Source: Maricaulis maris (GTDB lineage Bacteria > Pseudomonadota > Alphaproteobacteria > Caulobacterales > Maricaulaceae). From it: a stretch of DNA of 64,000 nt. Both the position numbers and the translations under genes were made by a program. This document shows positions 20,848 to 30,635 of the stretch, piece after piece. The notes under the pieces are model-generated. The model had not been told where the DNA came from. It saw only the letters and a list, made by a program, of their open reading frames with translations, and made no database searches. Position 1 is the first letter of the stretch; each line of letters begins with the position of its first letter. The DNA lies in assembly GCF_049116555.1 (NCBI RefSeq), contig NZ_JAGDYT010000001.1, positions 862,793 to 926,792 on the forward strand, in the 5' to 3' direction.

Positions 20848-21574
20848 CCGGCGGAACCTCGGCCAAGGCCCAGAAAATGCTGATCGCGAGAGTCGTGGCC
20901 CGGGCGATCATCGACAGCGCGAGGACGACCAGAGCGAGCGCAAGTGTCTTGCCGATCGTGCCCGGCCAGCCATCGGCGAATCCGACCCTGATTACCGGTC
21001 CGGCGATCAGCACGAAAACACCCATATTGAGCACCATTCCCCATTGCAGGATGCCGGGCCAGACGACTGAGAGCATGAGGACGAGTGTGCTCGACACAGA
21101 GCTGGCCGTAACCGGCACGAAATAGCACTGGGTGGCCTTGAGAAAGCCCGGACCCTTGCGCATCGCGGTCAGGGCAAACACGCCGGGCAAGATCAAGAGA
21201 GCTTCAATCGGGACGTAGAGCAGGGCGGCCATGGTCGAGATCGCGTCACGGACCGCATCAATGTCTCGTCTGCCCTCACGCAGGGCATCACCGAAGCCGG
21301 CGCCGTCGCCGGAGGCGCGCCAGATGATCTCGCCCCAACCGCCCCAGATCAGGGACAGGACAAACATCCAGGTCAGCACGCCGAACCAGACTCGCATGGT
21401 GGGCGTGTAGCTGTGCCGGTCGCCGTCCAGGAAGGCACGGCAAACAGCGGCGGGGCGCAGGAAGATGTCGCGCAAGGTGCGCAGGCTTCGAAAGTTGAAG
21501 CTCAACACCTCGTCGAGCACGTCCTCGAGGACGCGTCGTTTTTCGGGGGTCTCGTCCTGCGCCCCCTGCGTCAT
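20840..21574 (-). CDS. DUF3667-like membrane protein
   Basis: FRSLRTLRDIFLRP...GDRHSYTPTMRVW motif followed by TM helices. Confidence 0.55.
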   Translation of the reverse strand: MTQGAQDETPEKRRVLEDVLDEVLSFNFRSLRTLRDIFLRPAAVCRAFLDGDRHSYTPTMRVWFGVLTWMFVLSLIWGGWGEIIWRASGDGAGFGDALREGRRDIDAVRDAISTMAALLYVPIEALLILPGVFALTAMRKGPGFLKATQCYFVPVTASSVSSTLVLMLSVVWPGILQWGMVLNMGVFVLIAGPVIRVGFADGWPGTIGKTLALALVVLALSMIARATTLAISIFWALAEVPPVS

Positions 21575-22572
21575 CAGATCTTGACCAGCATCTTGCCGGT
21601 ATTCTGACCCGTGAAGAGGCCCGAGAAAGCCGCCGGTGCGTTCTCGATACCGTCCATGACCGTCTCGGCCGGCTTGATTTTACCAGCCGCCATCCAGGCA
21701 CCGAGATCCTTCACGAAGTCGCCAAACATGTCGGCATGGTCGGACACGATGAAGCCGCGAATTGTCAGCGACTTGCCGACGATCTGGGTAAGGTTGTCGG
21801 GCAGGGTCGCAGCGCTGGTGTCATTATAGCGCTGGATCATGCCGCAGGCGGCCATGCGCCCTTTTGACCGCAACGAGTTCAGGGCTGCGGTGAAATGGGT
21901 GCCGCCGACATTCTCGAAATAGCCGTCCACCCCCTTGGGAGCGACTTCGGCGATCGCGGCCGTCAGATCATCCGTGGCCTTGTAGTCGACGACATGGTCG
22001 GCGCCGAGCGATTTGACGAAGGCGCATTTCTCCGGACCACCGGCCGTGGCGATCACATTGGCGCCCATCGCCTTGGCGAATTGGATGCCGGAGGTCCCGA
22101 CCGCACCGGCGCCGCCGGACATCCACAGGGTTTCACCGGGCTGGAGGTCGATCATGCGCTTGATGCCGACATAGGCCGTCAGGCCGGGCATGCCGGCGAT
22201 GCCGAGAAAGGCCTGCGGCGGCAGCTGGCTGGTATCGATCTTGGTCAGTGCCTCACCGGGGGCGACATAGCCCTCGCGCCAGCCGAACATGGACGACACG
22301 TGGTCGCCTGGCTTCAGGCCGTCGAAATTGCTCTCGACAACCTCACCGACAGCGCCACCTTCCATCACCTTGCCCAGCTCGAAGGGGGCGATATAGGTGC
22401 GGATCCCGCTCATGCGGCCGCGCATATAGGGGTCAACCGAAATGAAGAGATTGCGGACGAGGACTTCGCCCGGGCCTGGCGTGGCGAGCTCCGTCTCCAC
22501 GACGTCATAATATTTCGGATCCGGTGCGCCCTTCAAATAGGCGTTCAAATGGATTTCACGCGATTTCATCAA
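21574..22572 (-). CDS. NADP-dependent oxidoreductase (CurA/YncB, prostaglandin reductase-like)
   Basis: SVDPYMRGRM, LGIAGMPGLTAY, YFENVGG, GQNTGKMLV. Confidence 0.9.
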   Translation of the reverse strand: MMKSREIHLNAYLKGAPDPKYYDVVETELATPGPGEVLVRNLFISVDPYMRGRMSGIRTYIAPFELGKVMEGGAVGEVVESNFDGLKPGDHVSSMFGWREGYVAPGEALTKIDTSQLPPQAFLGIAGMPGLTAYVGIKRMIDLQPGETLWMSGGAGAVGTSGIQFAKAMGANVIATAGGPEKCAFVKSLGADHVVDYKATDDLTAAIAEVAPKGVDGYFENVGGTHFTAALNSLRSKGRMAACGMIQRYNDTSAATLPDNLTQIVGKSLTIRGFIVSDHADMFGDFVKDLGAWMAAGKIKPAETVMDGIENAPAAFSGLFTGQNTGKMLVKI

Positions 22573-22590
22573 CCAACTCCCGTTTCTTTC

Positions 22591-23406
22591 TTATGGTGAG
22601 GATTGTTCGGCAGACGGCCCTGACGCCGAAAGTGTCATGAGGTCGAGGCCGAAAGAGTTTCCCAGCACCCAGTCAACCGTGAGGAGGGTGCCGATTATCG
22701 TGATCAACATGGTGATCGGGAACATGGCGACAAGCCCGCCAAGCCGCAAGACGAGAGCCGTGACCGACCGGCCATAGAAATGGGCCAGAAGAATGCCCGC
22801 ATAGATGAAGAAGATGACCACGCCGATCGCCATGCTGGCCAGCATGCCGGAGCCGCCGAGTGTATGCAGCGGGATCAGCGCGATCATGACAATGAAGCTG
22901 ACATTGTTGACGGCCAGATAGAGCTGCAAATGGCCCCAGAGTGGAATCGACGGTCGGTAAAGCTTGAGCGCGAGCAGGTAGGGCAGGGACGACAGCGCAG
23001 CCAGTGGCCACAGGGTCAGGGATTGTACGGCCTTTAGCTCGCTCTCGACCCTCTCCAGGGTGAGGGGCGTCTCGAAGCTCAGGCGCGAGGATGCCAGCCA
23101 GGCGTCGATATCAATGTCGACTCCATCGGTCATGGTCTCAATCGTGGCGGTGGCCGGGGTGCCGAAGATTGCCGCTGCAACAAACTGGAAGGAGAAAAGC
23201 GCGATATAGACCCGGATCGGGGACAGGTAGCGCGAATAGTCGTGCTCGATCGCGGCGGTGGCGACAGCGACCGGGCTGAGAAAATAGTCCCGCATTGTCC
23301 GGAAAATGCGCGCATCGACATCGAAAGCGGCGATGGAGATGGAATCGAGCGGCGTATCGCCGTTCCGGCCTTTTTGCTCACCCTGATTGTCTTGCGTATC
23401 CGTCAA
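22591..23406 (-). CDS. DUF3667-like membrane protein (second paralog)
   Basis: DARIFRTMRDYFLSP...SRYLSPIRVY motif; probable TTG start after GGGGGA RBS. Confidence 0.55.
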   Translation of the reverse strand: MTDTQDNQGEQKGRNGDTPLDSISIAAFDVDARIFRTMRDYFLSPVAVATAAIEHDYSRYLSPIRVYIALFSFQFVAAAIFGTPATATIETMTDGVDIDIDAWLASSRLSFETPLTLERVESELKAVQSLTLWPLAALSSLPYLLALKLYRPSIPLWGHLQLYLAVNNVSFIVMIALIPLHTLGGSGMLASMAIGVVIFFIYAGILLAHFYGRSVTALVLRLGGLVAMFPITMLITIIGTLLTVDWVLGNSFGLDLMTLSASGPSAEQSSP

Positions 23407-23592
23407 ACGTATTCCCCCGTGTCTGCGCCATCCTAGGCCCGGTCTGTGCGGGTGCAAGGCGTGATTGTGCGGTCGAGCGGCAGCCGATTGCAGCGGCTGC
23501 CCTGCAATTGCCCGAAACAAGTGGTGATGCATGCCGTGCTTGATCGTGACGGCGGCGACGCTATTCACGGCGCCATAAAACGAGGTGAGTTC

Positions 23593-24522
23593 ATGACATC
23601 CAATTCTCGCATCCTGCGGACCGGCATTGTCGGTGCCGGCGTGTTCGGCGGCTTTCACGCGTCGAAATACGCCGCACATGAGCGGGTCGAGCTGGTGGGT
23701 GTCTACGAGCCGGATCTTGAACGTGCTCGCGCGCTGGCCGAGAAGCACGGGGCCCGGGGCTTCGACAATTTTGCCGACTTCCTCGACCAGGTCGACGCGA
23801 TAACGGTGGCCAGCCCGGCTGTGCACCATTTCGAGGCCGCCGCGACCGCACTGGCAATGGGCAAGCATGTCCTGGTGGAAAAGCCGATCGCCTCATCGGT
23901 CGAGGAGGCGCGTGAATTGATCGCGCTGGCCTCGAAATACGGCTGTGTGCTGCAGGTCGGTCACCAGGAGCGTTTCGTGTTCAACGCGATGGGTCTGTTC
24001 GCGGTCGATGCGACGCCGATCAAGGTCACGGCCAGCCGGATGGGCCCGCCGTCAGATAGGTGCCTGGATGTCTCGGTCACGCTGGATCTGATGGTCCATG
24101 ATCTCGACCTTGTCATCGCCTTGTCCGGGGGCGCGGTGAAGACGGTGAAGGGGCTGGTCGATGAAGGCCGTTACGGGCATCCAGATGTCGCCAAGGCTCA
24201 TCTGGTCTTCGACAATGGCTGTACCGCTGATCTGATCGCCAGTCGCGTGCATCATGAGCGGGACCGCAAGATGCGGGTCGAATATGAAACCGGCGTTCTG
24301 GAGATCGACTTCGTCGCCAAGACATTTGAAAACTCGACGCCCTACGACCTCAATCCCGACTTTGCCGACGACCCCAGCGCCAGGGATTCCCTGGGCGCGA
24401 ACGTCAATGCCTTCATCGCCTCGGTGCTCGATGGCGCGCCCGTCGTGGTGCCGGGAATTGCCGGCTTGCGGGCGCTGGACGCGGCGCGGGCTGTCGATGG
24501 TGCACGCACCTACGGCAGCTGA
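23593..24522 (+). CDS. Gfo/Idh/MocA oxidoreductase, GnnA-like
   Basis: GIVGAGVFG, HVLVEKP, VLQVGHQERF, DVSVTLDLMVHDLD. Confidence 0.8.
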   Translation: MTSNSRILRTGIVGAGVFGGFHASKYAAHERVELVGVYEPDLERARALAEKHGARGFDNFADFLDQVDAITVASPAVHHFEAAATALAMGKHVLVEKPIASSVEEARELIALASKYGCVLQVGHQERFVFNAMGLFAVDATPIKVTASRMGPPSDRCLDVSVTLDLMVHDLDLVIALSGGAVKTVKGLVDEGRYGHPDVAKAHLVFDNGCTADLIASRVHHERDRKMRVEYETGVLEIDFVAKTFENSTPYDLNPDFADDPSARDSLGANVNAFIASVLDGAPVVVPGIAGLRALDAARAVDGARTYGS

Positions 24523-24597
24523 CCCGGTCGGTATGACGGGCCCGTTCCGGGCGCGTCGCCACTTGCGGTCGCTCGCGGCGCGGTCTAAGTCGCGCGC

Positions 24598-26256
24598 ATG
24601 ACCGATCGTATCCTGCTCGTTACCGCCCAGCTCAACCCGGTCGTCGGGGATATCGCGGGCAATCTGGCCAAGGCCCGTGCGGCCCATGCCGAGGCGCGTA
24701 CGCGCGGCGGCGATATGGTTGTCTTCCCGGAAATGTTCCTGATGGGCTATCCGCCCGAGGATCTGGTGCTCAAACCCTCGGCGGTGGAAGCCTGCCGTGC
24801 GGCACTGGATGACCTGGCCGCCATCACTCGCGACGGGCCCGCCATCCTCATCGGCCTGCCCTGGCGCCAGAACAAGCGTCTGCACAATGCCGTCGCCTTG
24901 CTTGATGAGGGGCAGCTCGTGGCGCTGCGCTTCAAGCATGAATTGCCCAATTACGCGGTCTTCGACGAGAAGCGTGTTTTCGTGCCGGGTCCGGTGCCGG
25001 AGATCGTCAAATGGCGCGGGATCAAGCTCGGCCTGCCGATCTGCGAGGATTTGTGGCTGAGAACCGTCCCCGAGGCGCTGATTGCGCAAGGGGCGGAGAT
25101 GATCATCACCCTCAATGGGTCGCCGTGGCGGCGGACGATCGAGCGCGAACGCAAACAGGCTTTCTCCAGCTGGTTCGACACGTGGGACAGTCCCAGGGCG
25201 ATGATTTTCGTCAACCAGGTGGGGGGGCAGGACGAGCTTGTCTTCGACGGTGCCTCCTTCTCGCGTGACAGCGAGGGACGCGAGGTCCAGCGCCTGCCCG
25301 CCTTCGAGGAATGCATCGACGCGGTCGAATGGGTGAAAACCGACAAGGGCTGGTTTGGCGCCGGTGGGCAGGTGGTTTCGGTAAAGTCCGGCCTTGAGGC
25401 TGACTGGAAAGCCATGACCCTGGCCCTGCGCGACTACATCGAAAAAAACGGTTTCCCGGGCGTGGTGCTTGGCATGTCCGGCGGTATCGACAGCGCCATA
25501 TCGGCCGCGATCGCCGTCGACGCATTGGGGGCCGACAAGGTCTGGGCGGTGATGATGCCGTCGAAATACACGTCGAGCGAAAGCTTCGAGGACGCCAAGG
25601 CCTGTGCCCAGGCGCTGGGGGTGCGCTATGACATTATCGATGTCGAGCCGACCATTGCCTCCTTCAACGCCATCCTGTCGACGCCCTTCAAGGGGACGAA
25701 GCCGGACACGACCGAGGAAAACCTGCAATCGCGGGCCCGCGGTGTGGTGTTGATGGCGTTGTCCAACAAGTTCGGCCCGATGGTTCTCTCAACTGGCAAC
25801 AAGTCGGAAATGGCCGTTGGCTATGCGACCCTCTATGGCGACATGAATGGCGGCTATAACGCGCTCAAGGACATCTACAAGACGGAAGTCTTCGAGCTGG
25901 CCTGGTGGCGCAATTCGGCCAATCACCAGGTCGGTCTCGGCCCGGTCGGCCAGGTCATTCCCGAGCGGATCATCACCAAGCCGCCCTCAGCCGAGCTGGC
26001 CGAGGATCAAAAAGACCAGGACAGCCTTCCGCCCTATGATGTGCTCGACGCCATTCTCTACGGTCTGGTCGAGGAGGAGCGCTCGGTTCGTGATCTCGTC
26101 GGGGACGGCCATGACGAGGCCGAGGTGAAGCGCATCGAGAACCTGCTCTATCGCGCGGAGTACAAGCGTCGCCAGGCCCCGCCGGGCGTGAAGATCGGCC
26201 CCAAGAATTTCGGTCGCGACCGGCGTTATCCGATCACCAATCGTTTCCGGAATTAG
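24598..26256 (+). CDS. nadE: Glutamine-dependent NAD+ synthetase
   Basis: N-terminal nitrilase domain (FPEMFLMGY, ICEDLW) plus SGGIDS, ENLQSRARG, GNKSE. Confidence 0.95.
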   Translation: MTDRILLVTAQLNPVVGDIAGNLAKARAAHAEARTRGGDMVVFPEMFLMGYPPEDLVLKPSAVEACRAALDDLAAITRDGPAILIGLPWRQNKRLHNAVALLDEGQLVALRFKHELPNYAVFDEKRVFVPGPVPEIVKWRGIKLGLPICEDLWLRTVPEALIAQGAEMIITLNGSPWRRTIERERKQAFSSWFDTWDSPRAMIFVNQVGGQDELVFDGASFSRDSEGREVQRLPAFEECIDAVEWVKTDKGWFGAGGQVVSVKSGLEADWKAMTLALRDYIEKNGFPGVVLGMSGGIDSAISAAIAVDALGADKVWAVMMPSKYTSSESFEDAKACAQALGVRYDIIDVEPTIASFNAILSTPFKGTKPDTTEENLQSRARGVVLMALSNKFGPMVLSTGNKSEMAVGYATLYGDMNGGYNALKDIYKTEVFELAWWRNSANHQVGLGPVGQVIPERIITKPPSAELAEDQKDQDSLPPYDVLDAILYGLVEEERSVRDLVGDGHDEAEVKRIENLLYRAEYKRRQAPPGVKIGPKNFGRDRRYPITNRFRN

Positions 26257-26522
26257 GGACGGCATCAGCTCGGACGGGGGCGGCGCGCCGGCGCATACTG
26301 CCGCCGGCGTGAACCATTTTTCACGGGCGCAGACTCAGACCCCTCAGATCTTGCCGACACGCGATGAGTCTCACGTCGATCCCGGATCGTGCTGATACGT
26401 GTCCGGGAAAAGCCCTGCGGATTGGTGGTGGAGGCTCCCGCCGCCTACCACCTGCGTCACCCCGTCACATTCTTGTGGTCCGTTATTTCTGTCAAAACAG
26501 AAACAACGGAATGGAGGTGGGC

Positions 26523-27071
26523 ATGACGGTTTTGGCGCGGCTTCCCGGAAGCGAGTGCAATCCGGCCCTGCCGGTTGTGGATACCGATAGGGTCACGACC
26601 CGCTTCGCGCCCTGTCACCCGGTGATCGCCTGGCTCGCCGGGTGCGCCGCGGCCGCATTGACCGCTTACTGGGCAATTGGGCTGGTCAGCCTGGCGGGGG
26701 GGCAAACGGCGCCGGGCGACTTCGTGCGAACCCTGATAGGAGCGCTGCCCGGCGCGGCGGGTTATGCCCTCCTCGTTGCGTTCCTGACAAGTATTCCCAT
26801 GCCGCTTCTGGTCCTTGTTGAACGCGCCGCCCGATGGCGCCGTGGCATCTCGGACCTGTTGGCCGGTGCGGTGATGGGGGCCCTCTATGCGCAGCTGTTC
26901 GGCTGGCCGGTGCTGGACGGGCCGCGCGGCGTCGCCATCACGGCCTTCGCGGCGCTGAGCGGCGGTGTCGGTGGTCTGGCCTACTGGCTGGCAGCCGGGA
27001 GACCCGGTCACGAACTGACCATCAACCGGCCCGGCCAGGGCCATCCCGTCGCCCGACTGAGGGCGGATTGA
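26523..27071 (+). CDS. Hypothetical multi-pass membrane protein (tandem paralog 1)
   Basis: GGAGG RBS; 4-5 hydrophobic segments; DLLAGAVMGA..QLFGWP..YWLAAGRPG. Confidence 0.65.
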   Translation: MTVLARLPGSECNPALPVVDTDRVTTRFAPCHPVIAWLAGCAAAALTAYWAIGLVSLAGGQTAPGDFVRTLIGALPGAAGYALLVAFLTSIPMPLLVLVERAARWRRGISDLLAGAVMGALYAQLFGWPVLDGPRGVAITAFAALSGGVGGLAYWLAAGRPGHELTINRPGQGHPVARLRAD

Positions 27072-27102
27072 GCTCCACAATGACGGGCGAGGTGACAGGG
27101 AG

Positions 27103-27612
27103 ATGATAATGGGCAGGTCGAACAAAATTCTGGGGAAGGCGCCTGTGCGGGCGTTCGGTTCCTGGGTGCTGGCCAGCTATGTGGCCGGCGTGCTGATCTC
27201 GATGGGTTTCGGTGCATTCATGTTGTTGGCTGAATCGGCGAACAGGGAGGCAGGCCTTCTCGCGATCACCATGTCACCGATCTATGGTTTGTTTGTGGGT
27301 GTTTTCGTCATCGCATTGACGGCGTTGCCGATGCTTGTTCTGACCAGCCTTATACGGCGCCTTGGCTTGCGACGGCCGCGCGCGGACCTTTGCGCCGGCG
27401 CGCTCATGGGCGCAGGCCTCGTCCAGATGTTCGGTCTTCCGATCATCTGGGGCGCCGATGGCAGTCCTCCTTGGCTGGCGGGACTGGCTCTGACAGCCAG
27501 TTTCGCGGCCGCCGGTGCCGCCAGCGCCTGGGTCTATTGGCGCGTAGCCGGTCGTCCGGGGCGCTTGGAGGATCCGGCCGACGAGGCCTTGAATGCGCAT
27601 GTCTTCGACTAG
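27103..27612 (+). CDS. Hypothetical multi-pass membrane protein (tandem paralog 2)
   Basis: GGGAG RBS; DLCAGALMGA..QMFGLP..YWRVAGRPG, homologous to the upstream gene. Confidence 0.65.
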   Translation: MIMGRSNKILGKAPVRAFGSWVLASYVAGVLISMGFGAFMLLAESANREAGLLAITMSPIYGLFVGVFVIALTALPMLVLTSLIRRLGLRRPRADLCAGALMGAGLVQMFGLPIIWGADGSPPWLAGLALTASFAAAGAASAWVYWRVAGRPGRLEDPADEALNAHVFD

Positions 27613-27701
27613 CGTGCCGGCCCCTGTCCGCACCGCCCGCTTGCCCCGATGCCCCGACAGCGCTAAGCCCTGCGCCTCAATCTCTGTGAGGCTCCACGTC
27701 G

Positions 27702-29039
27702 ATGACCAAAGTCCGTTTTGCGCCCAGCCCGACCGGCAAGCTTCATGTCGGCAATGTCCGTACCGCGATCTTCAACTTCCTGTTTGCGCGCAAGGCGGGT
27801 GGCACTTTTGTGCTGCGTATTGACGATACCGATGTCGAACGCTCCACCCAGGCCTTCGAGGACGGCATTCGCGCCGACCTGACCTGGCTGGGCATTTCCT
27901 GGGACGAGACCTTCAAGCAGTCCGACCGCTTCGACCGCTATGCGGCCGCGGCCGAGACGCTGAAGGCCAAGGGACTTCTCTACCCCTGCTTCGAGACCGG
28001 GGACGAGCTTGACCGCAAGCGCCGCCTGCAAATGGCCAATGGTCGTCCGCCGGTTTATGACCGCGCCGGCCTCGCGCTGACCGCTGACGAGATCGCCGCT
28101 TTCAAGGCCGAAGGGCGCAAGCCCCACTGGCGTTTCAAACTCTCGGGCAATCCGGTGCAGTGGGACGACATGGTGCGCGGCCATGTTTCGATCGAGACCT
28201 CCTCCCTGTCCGACCCGATCCTGATCCGCGAGGACGGCTCCTATCTCTACACCCTGCCCAGCGTGGTCGATGACATCGAAGCTGACATCACCCACATCAT
28301 TCGCGGCGAGGATCACACCACCAATTCGGGCGCCCAGATCGAAGTCTTCGAAGCGCTTGGTGGCAAGGCGCCGCACTTCGGTCACCAGGCGCTGCTGGTC
28401 GGCGCAGATGGTGGCAAATTGTCCAAGCGCCTCGGGTCTCTGGGCATCCAGGAGCTGCGCGACACCGAAGGGCTCGAACCGATGGCGATCATGTCGCTGC
28501 TGGCCAAGATCGGTACCTCGGACCCGGTGGATGCCTTCGCGGACGTCGAGGGGCTTCTGGAGGGCTTTGACCTTGGCAAGCTGTCGCGCTCGCCAGCCCG
28601 CTTTGACGATGAAGAGTTGAAACGCGTGAACGCCAAGCTCCTGCACGCCATGCCGTATGCAGTGGCCCAGCCGAAGCTGGCTGACCTTGGGGCCGACAAG
28701 GGCGAGGCGGTCTGGGAGGCCGTGCGCCCGAATCTGGAAGCGCTCGCCGATGCCAAGGCCTGGGCGGCGCTGATCGATGGCCCGGTGACCCCGGTCATCG
28801 AAGAGCCGGACTATGCCGCGGCCGCGGCCGAGCACTTGCCCGCCGGTGAGCTGGACGGTGACAGCTGGTCCGCCTGGACCGGTGCCCTGAAAGAGGCGAC
28901 CGGTCGCAAGGGCAAGCAGCTCTTCATGCCGCTGCGCCTGATGCTGACCGGTGCCCCGCGTGGCCCGGAGATGGCGGTTCTTCTGCCGCTGATCGGCCGC
29001 GAGAAGGTGTTGAAGCGTCTGGCGGGTGAGGCGGCTTAG
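27702..29039 (+). CDS. gltX: Glutamate--tRNA ligase
   Basis: RFAPSPTG-LHVGN (HIGH), LRIDDTD, KLSKR (KMSKS). Confidence 0.95.
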   Translation: MTKVRFAPSPTGKLHVGNVRTAIFNFLFARKAGGTFVLRIDDTDVERSTQAFEDGIRADLTWLGISWDETFKQSDRFDRYAAAAETLKAKGLLYPCFETGDELDRKRRLQMANGRPPVYDRAGLALTADEIAAFKAEGRKPHWRFKLSGNPVQWDDMVRGHVSIETSSLSDPILIREDGSYLYTLPSVVDDIEADITHIIRGEDHTTNSGAQIEVFEALGGKAPHFGHQALLVGADGGKLSKRLGSLGIQELRDTEGLEPMAIMSLLAKIGTSDPVDAFADVEGLLEGFDLGKLSRSPARFDDEELKRVNAKLLHAMPYAVAQPKLADLGADKGEAVWEAVRPNLEALADAKAWAALIDGPVTPVIEEPDYAAAAAEHLPAGELDGDSWSAWTGALKEATGRKGKQLFMPLRLMLTGAPRGPEMAVLLPLIGREKVLKRLAGEAA

Positions 29040-29188
29040 GGCCGCCGCCTGCACCTGTCCGTCGATCGCATGCGGTGTGCAGGCTGACACGCGGCCTATG
29101 GTCGGGTGAACTCCGGGCGCCGGCTGGCCTCAAACTATATGAATATCCGTAGTTTGCTCGGGTTTGCACGATTGCGCTCCGCGCAAAG

Positions 29189-29280
29189 TGACAGGTTTGC
29201 TACCCTTTGTGTCAGGTTGTCTTGACAGTCACGCGTGGGAATGTCAGGTTTGTATGACACTAAGTCACGTAAAGCTGATG
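29189..29280. promoter_or_regulatory. Array of palindromic operators TGTCA-N8-TGACA
   Basis: Perfect sites at 29210-29227 and 29242-29259; degenerate sites at 29189 and 29263. Confidence 0.65.
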
Positions 29281-29289
29281 GAGCGCAGG

Positions 29290-30243
29290 ATGAAACCTAT
29301 TGGAAGCGGCAAGATGAGTATCGGCGGCTGGATTGCCATCGCGGTCGCGATCGTGATCGGCGCAACGGCGGGGCAGGCCAACGGCCAGACCGGCGCGCAC
29401 ACGGATCGTGCCAGACAGACCCTCAATACGCTGCAAATTGAGCGGGCAGGGTCCGAGAGCGGCCGCGATGTGCTCTTCATTCCTGGCCTCGCGACGGCCG
29501 GTGATGTGTGGGCCGGGACGGTCTTGGCGCTCGGCGACTCGGTCGATGCGCATGTCGTGACCCTTGATGGCTTTGGCGGCGCTTCGACGGTGGATCGCGG
29601 CGAAACCGGTGTCGTGACCGGCGCGGTGGCGGACCTGGTCGCCTGGCTTGAAGCCGGGCAGGCCGAGGATGTCGTCCTGGTGGGCCACTCCATGGGGGCC
29701 CAGATTGCCCTGCAGGTTGCGGCAGCAGCGCCGGACCGCGTTGGCGATGTCGTTGTGGTTGATAGCGCGCCCTTCTTTGCCCGCCTGTTCAATCCAGCCA
29801 TCACGCACGAACAGGCCGCCGGGTATGCGATCGGCGTCTCGGGCCAGATGGCGGCGGCACCGCGCGAACAATTCCTTGCAATCTCTCGCCAGGGTCTGGC
29901 CGTCCAGTCGATCAGCGAGGCCGGGCAGGCGCAGGTGATGACCTGGATGGAGCAAGCCGACCAGTCCGTCGTCAGCGCAGCCATGGGTGAGGTGATGGGG
30001 ACCGATTACAGCTCCGTGCTGCCCCATGTCTCTGCGCCGGTTACCGTTATGGTCGCCTGGAGCGAGGGCGCACCGATGAGCCCCGAAGCGCTCGAATCCG
30101 TGTATCGGGATCAGTATGCCGGTCTGGCCATGCTCGACCTGCACCGGATTGATGGGTCGCGCCATTTCATCATGCTGGACCAGCCGGACGCTTTCCGGTC
30201 CGTCCTGACCGGTGTGATTGGCGCTGAAGGGGAGGACGGCTGA
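29290..30243 (+). CDS. Exported alpha/beta hydrolase
   Basis: Signal peptide, LFIPGL, GHSMGA nucleophile elbow, SRHFIMLD. Confidence 0.85.
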   Translation: MKPIGSGKMSIGGWIAIAVAIVIGATAGQANGQTGAHTDRARQTLNTLQIERAGSESGRDVLFIPGLATAGDVWAGTVLALGDSVDAHVVTLDGFGGASTVDRGETGVVTGAVADLVAWLEAGQAEDVVLVGHSMGAQIALQVAAAAPDRVGDVVVVDSAPFFARLFNPAITHEQAAGYAIGVSGQMAAAPREQFLAISRQGLAVQSISEAGQAQVMTWMEQADQSVVSAAMGEVMGTDYSSVLPHVSAPVTVMVAWSEGAPMSPEALESVYRDQYAGLAMLDLHRIDGSRHFIMLDQPDAFRSVLTGVIGAEGEDG

Positions 30244-30635
30244 TGATGGCCGCAAATGCACGCCGCTACATGATCCACTTCGGCAGCGCGATGCTGCTCT
30301 ATATGGCGACGCTTTTTGGATCCGTCTTCCTGTTGAACGCTGGCGAATTCGGCCCGGCTCTGCGCGGCCTCATTGCCATCTTGCCGGTGTTGCCGGGACT
30401 CGGGGCCTTGTGGGCGGTCATGGTTTTCTATCGCTCGCTGGACGAGTTCAAACAGCGCATCCTTGCCGAGGCGATGATCATCGCGGCCCTGCTGACAGGT
30501 TTCGGTACCTTCGCCTACGGCTTTCTGGAGGGCGCGCTGGACCTGCCGGCAATCCCGATGATCTGGGTCTTCCCGGTCATGATCGGCCTGTGGGGTCTGG
30601 TCGGGTGCTTCCAGAAATACGTGGTGTACCGGTGA
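30243..30635 (+). CDS. Hypothetical four-helix membrane protein
   Basis: Hydrophobic segments; LDEFKQRI..EA motif typical of XRE-coupled membrane proteins; overlaps both neighbours. Confidence 0.7.
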   Translation: MMAANARRYMIHFGSAMLLYMATLFGSVFLLNAGEFGPALRGLIAILPVLPGLGALWAVMVFYRSLDEFKQRILAEAMIIAALLTGFGTFAYGFLEGALDLPAIPMIWVFPVMIGLWGLVGCFQKYVVYR

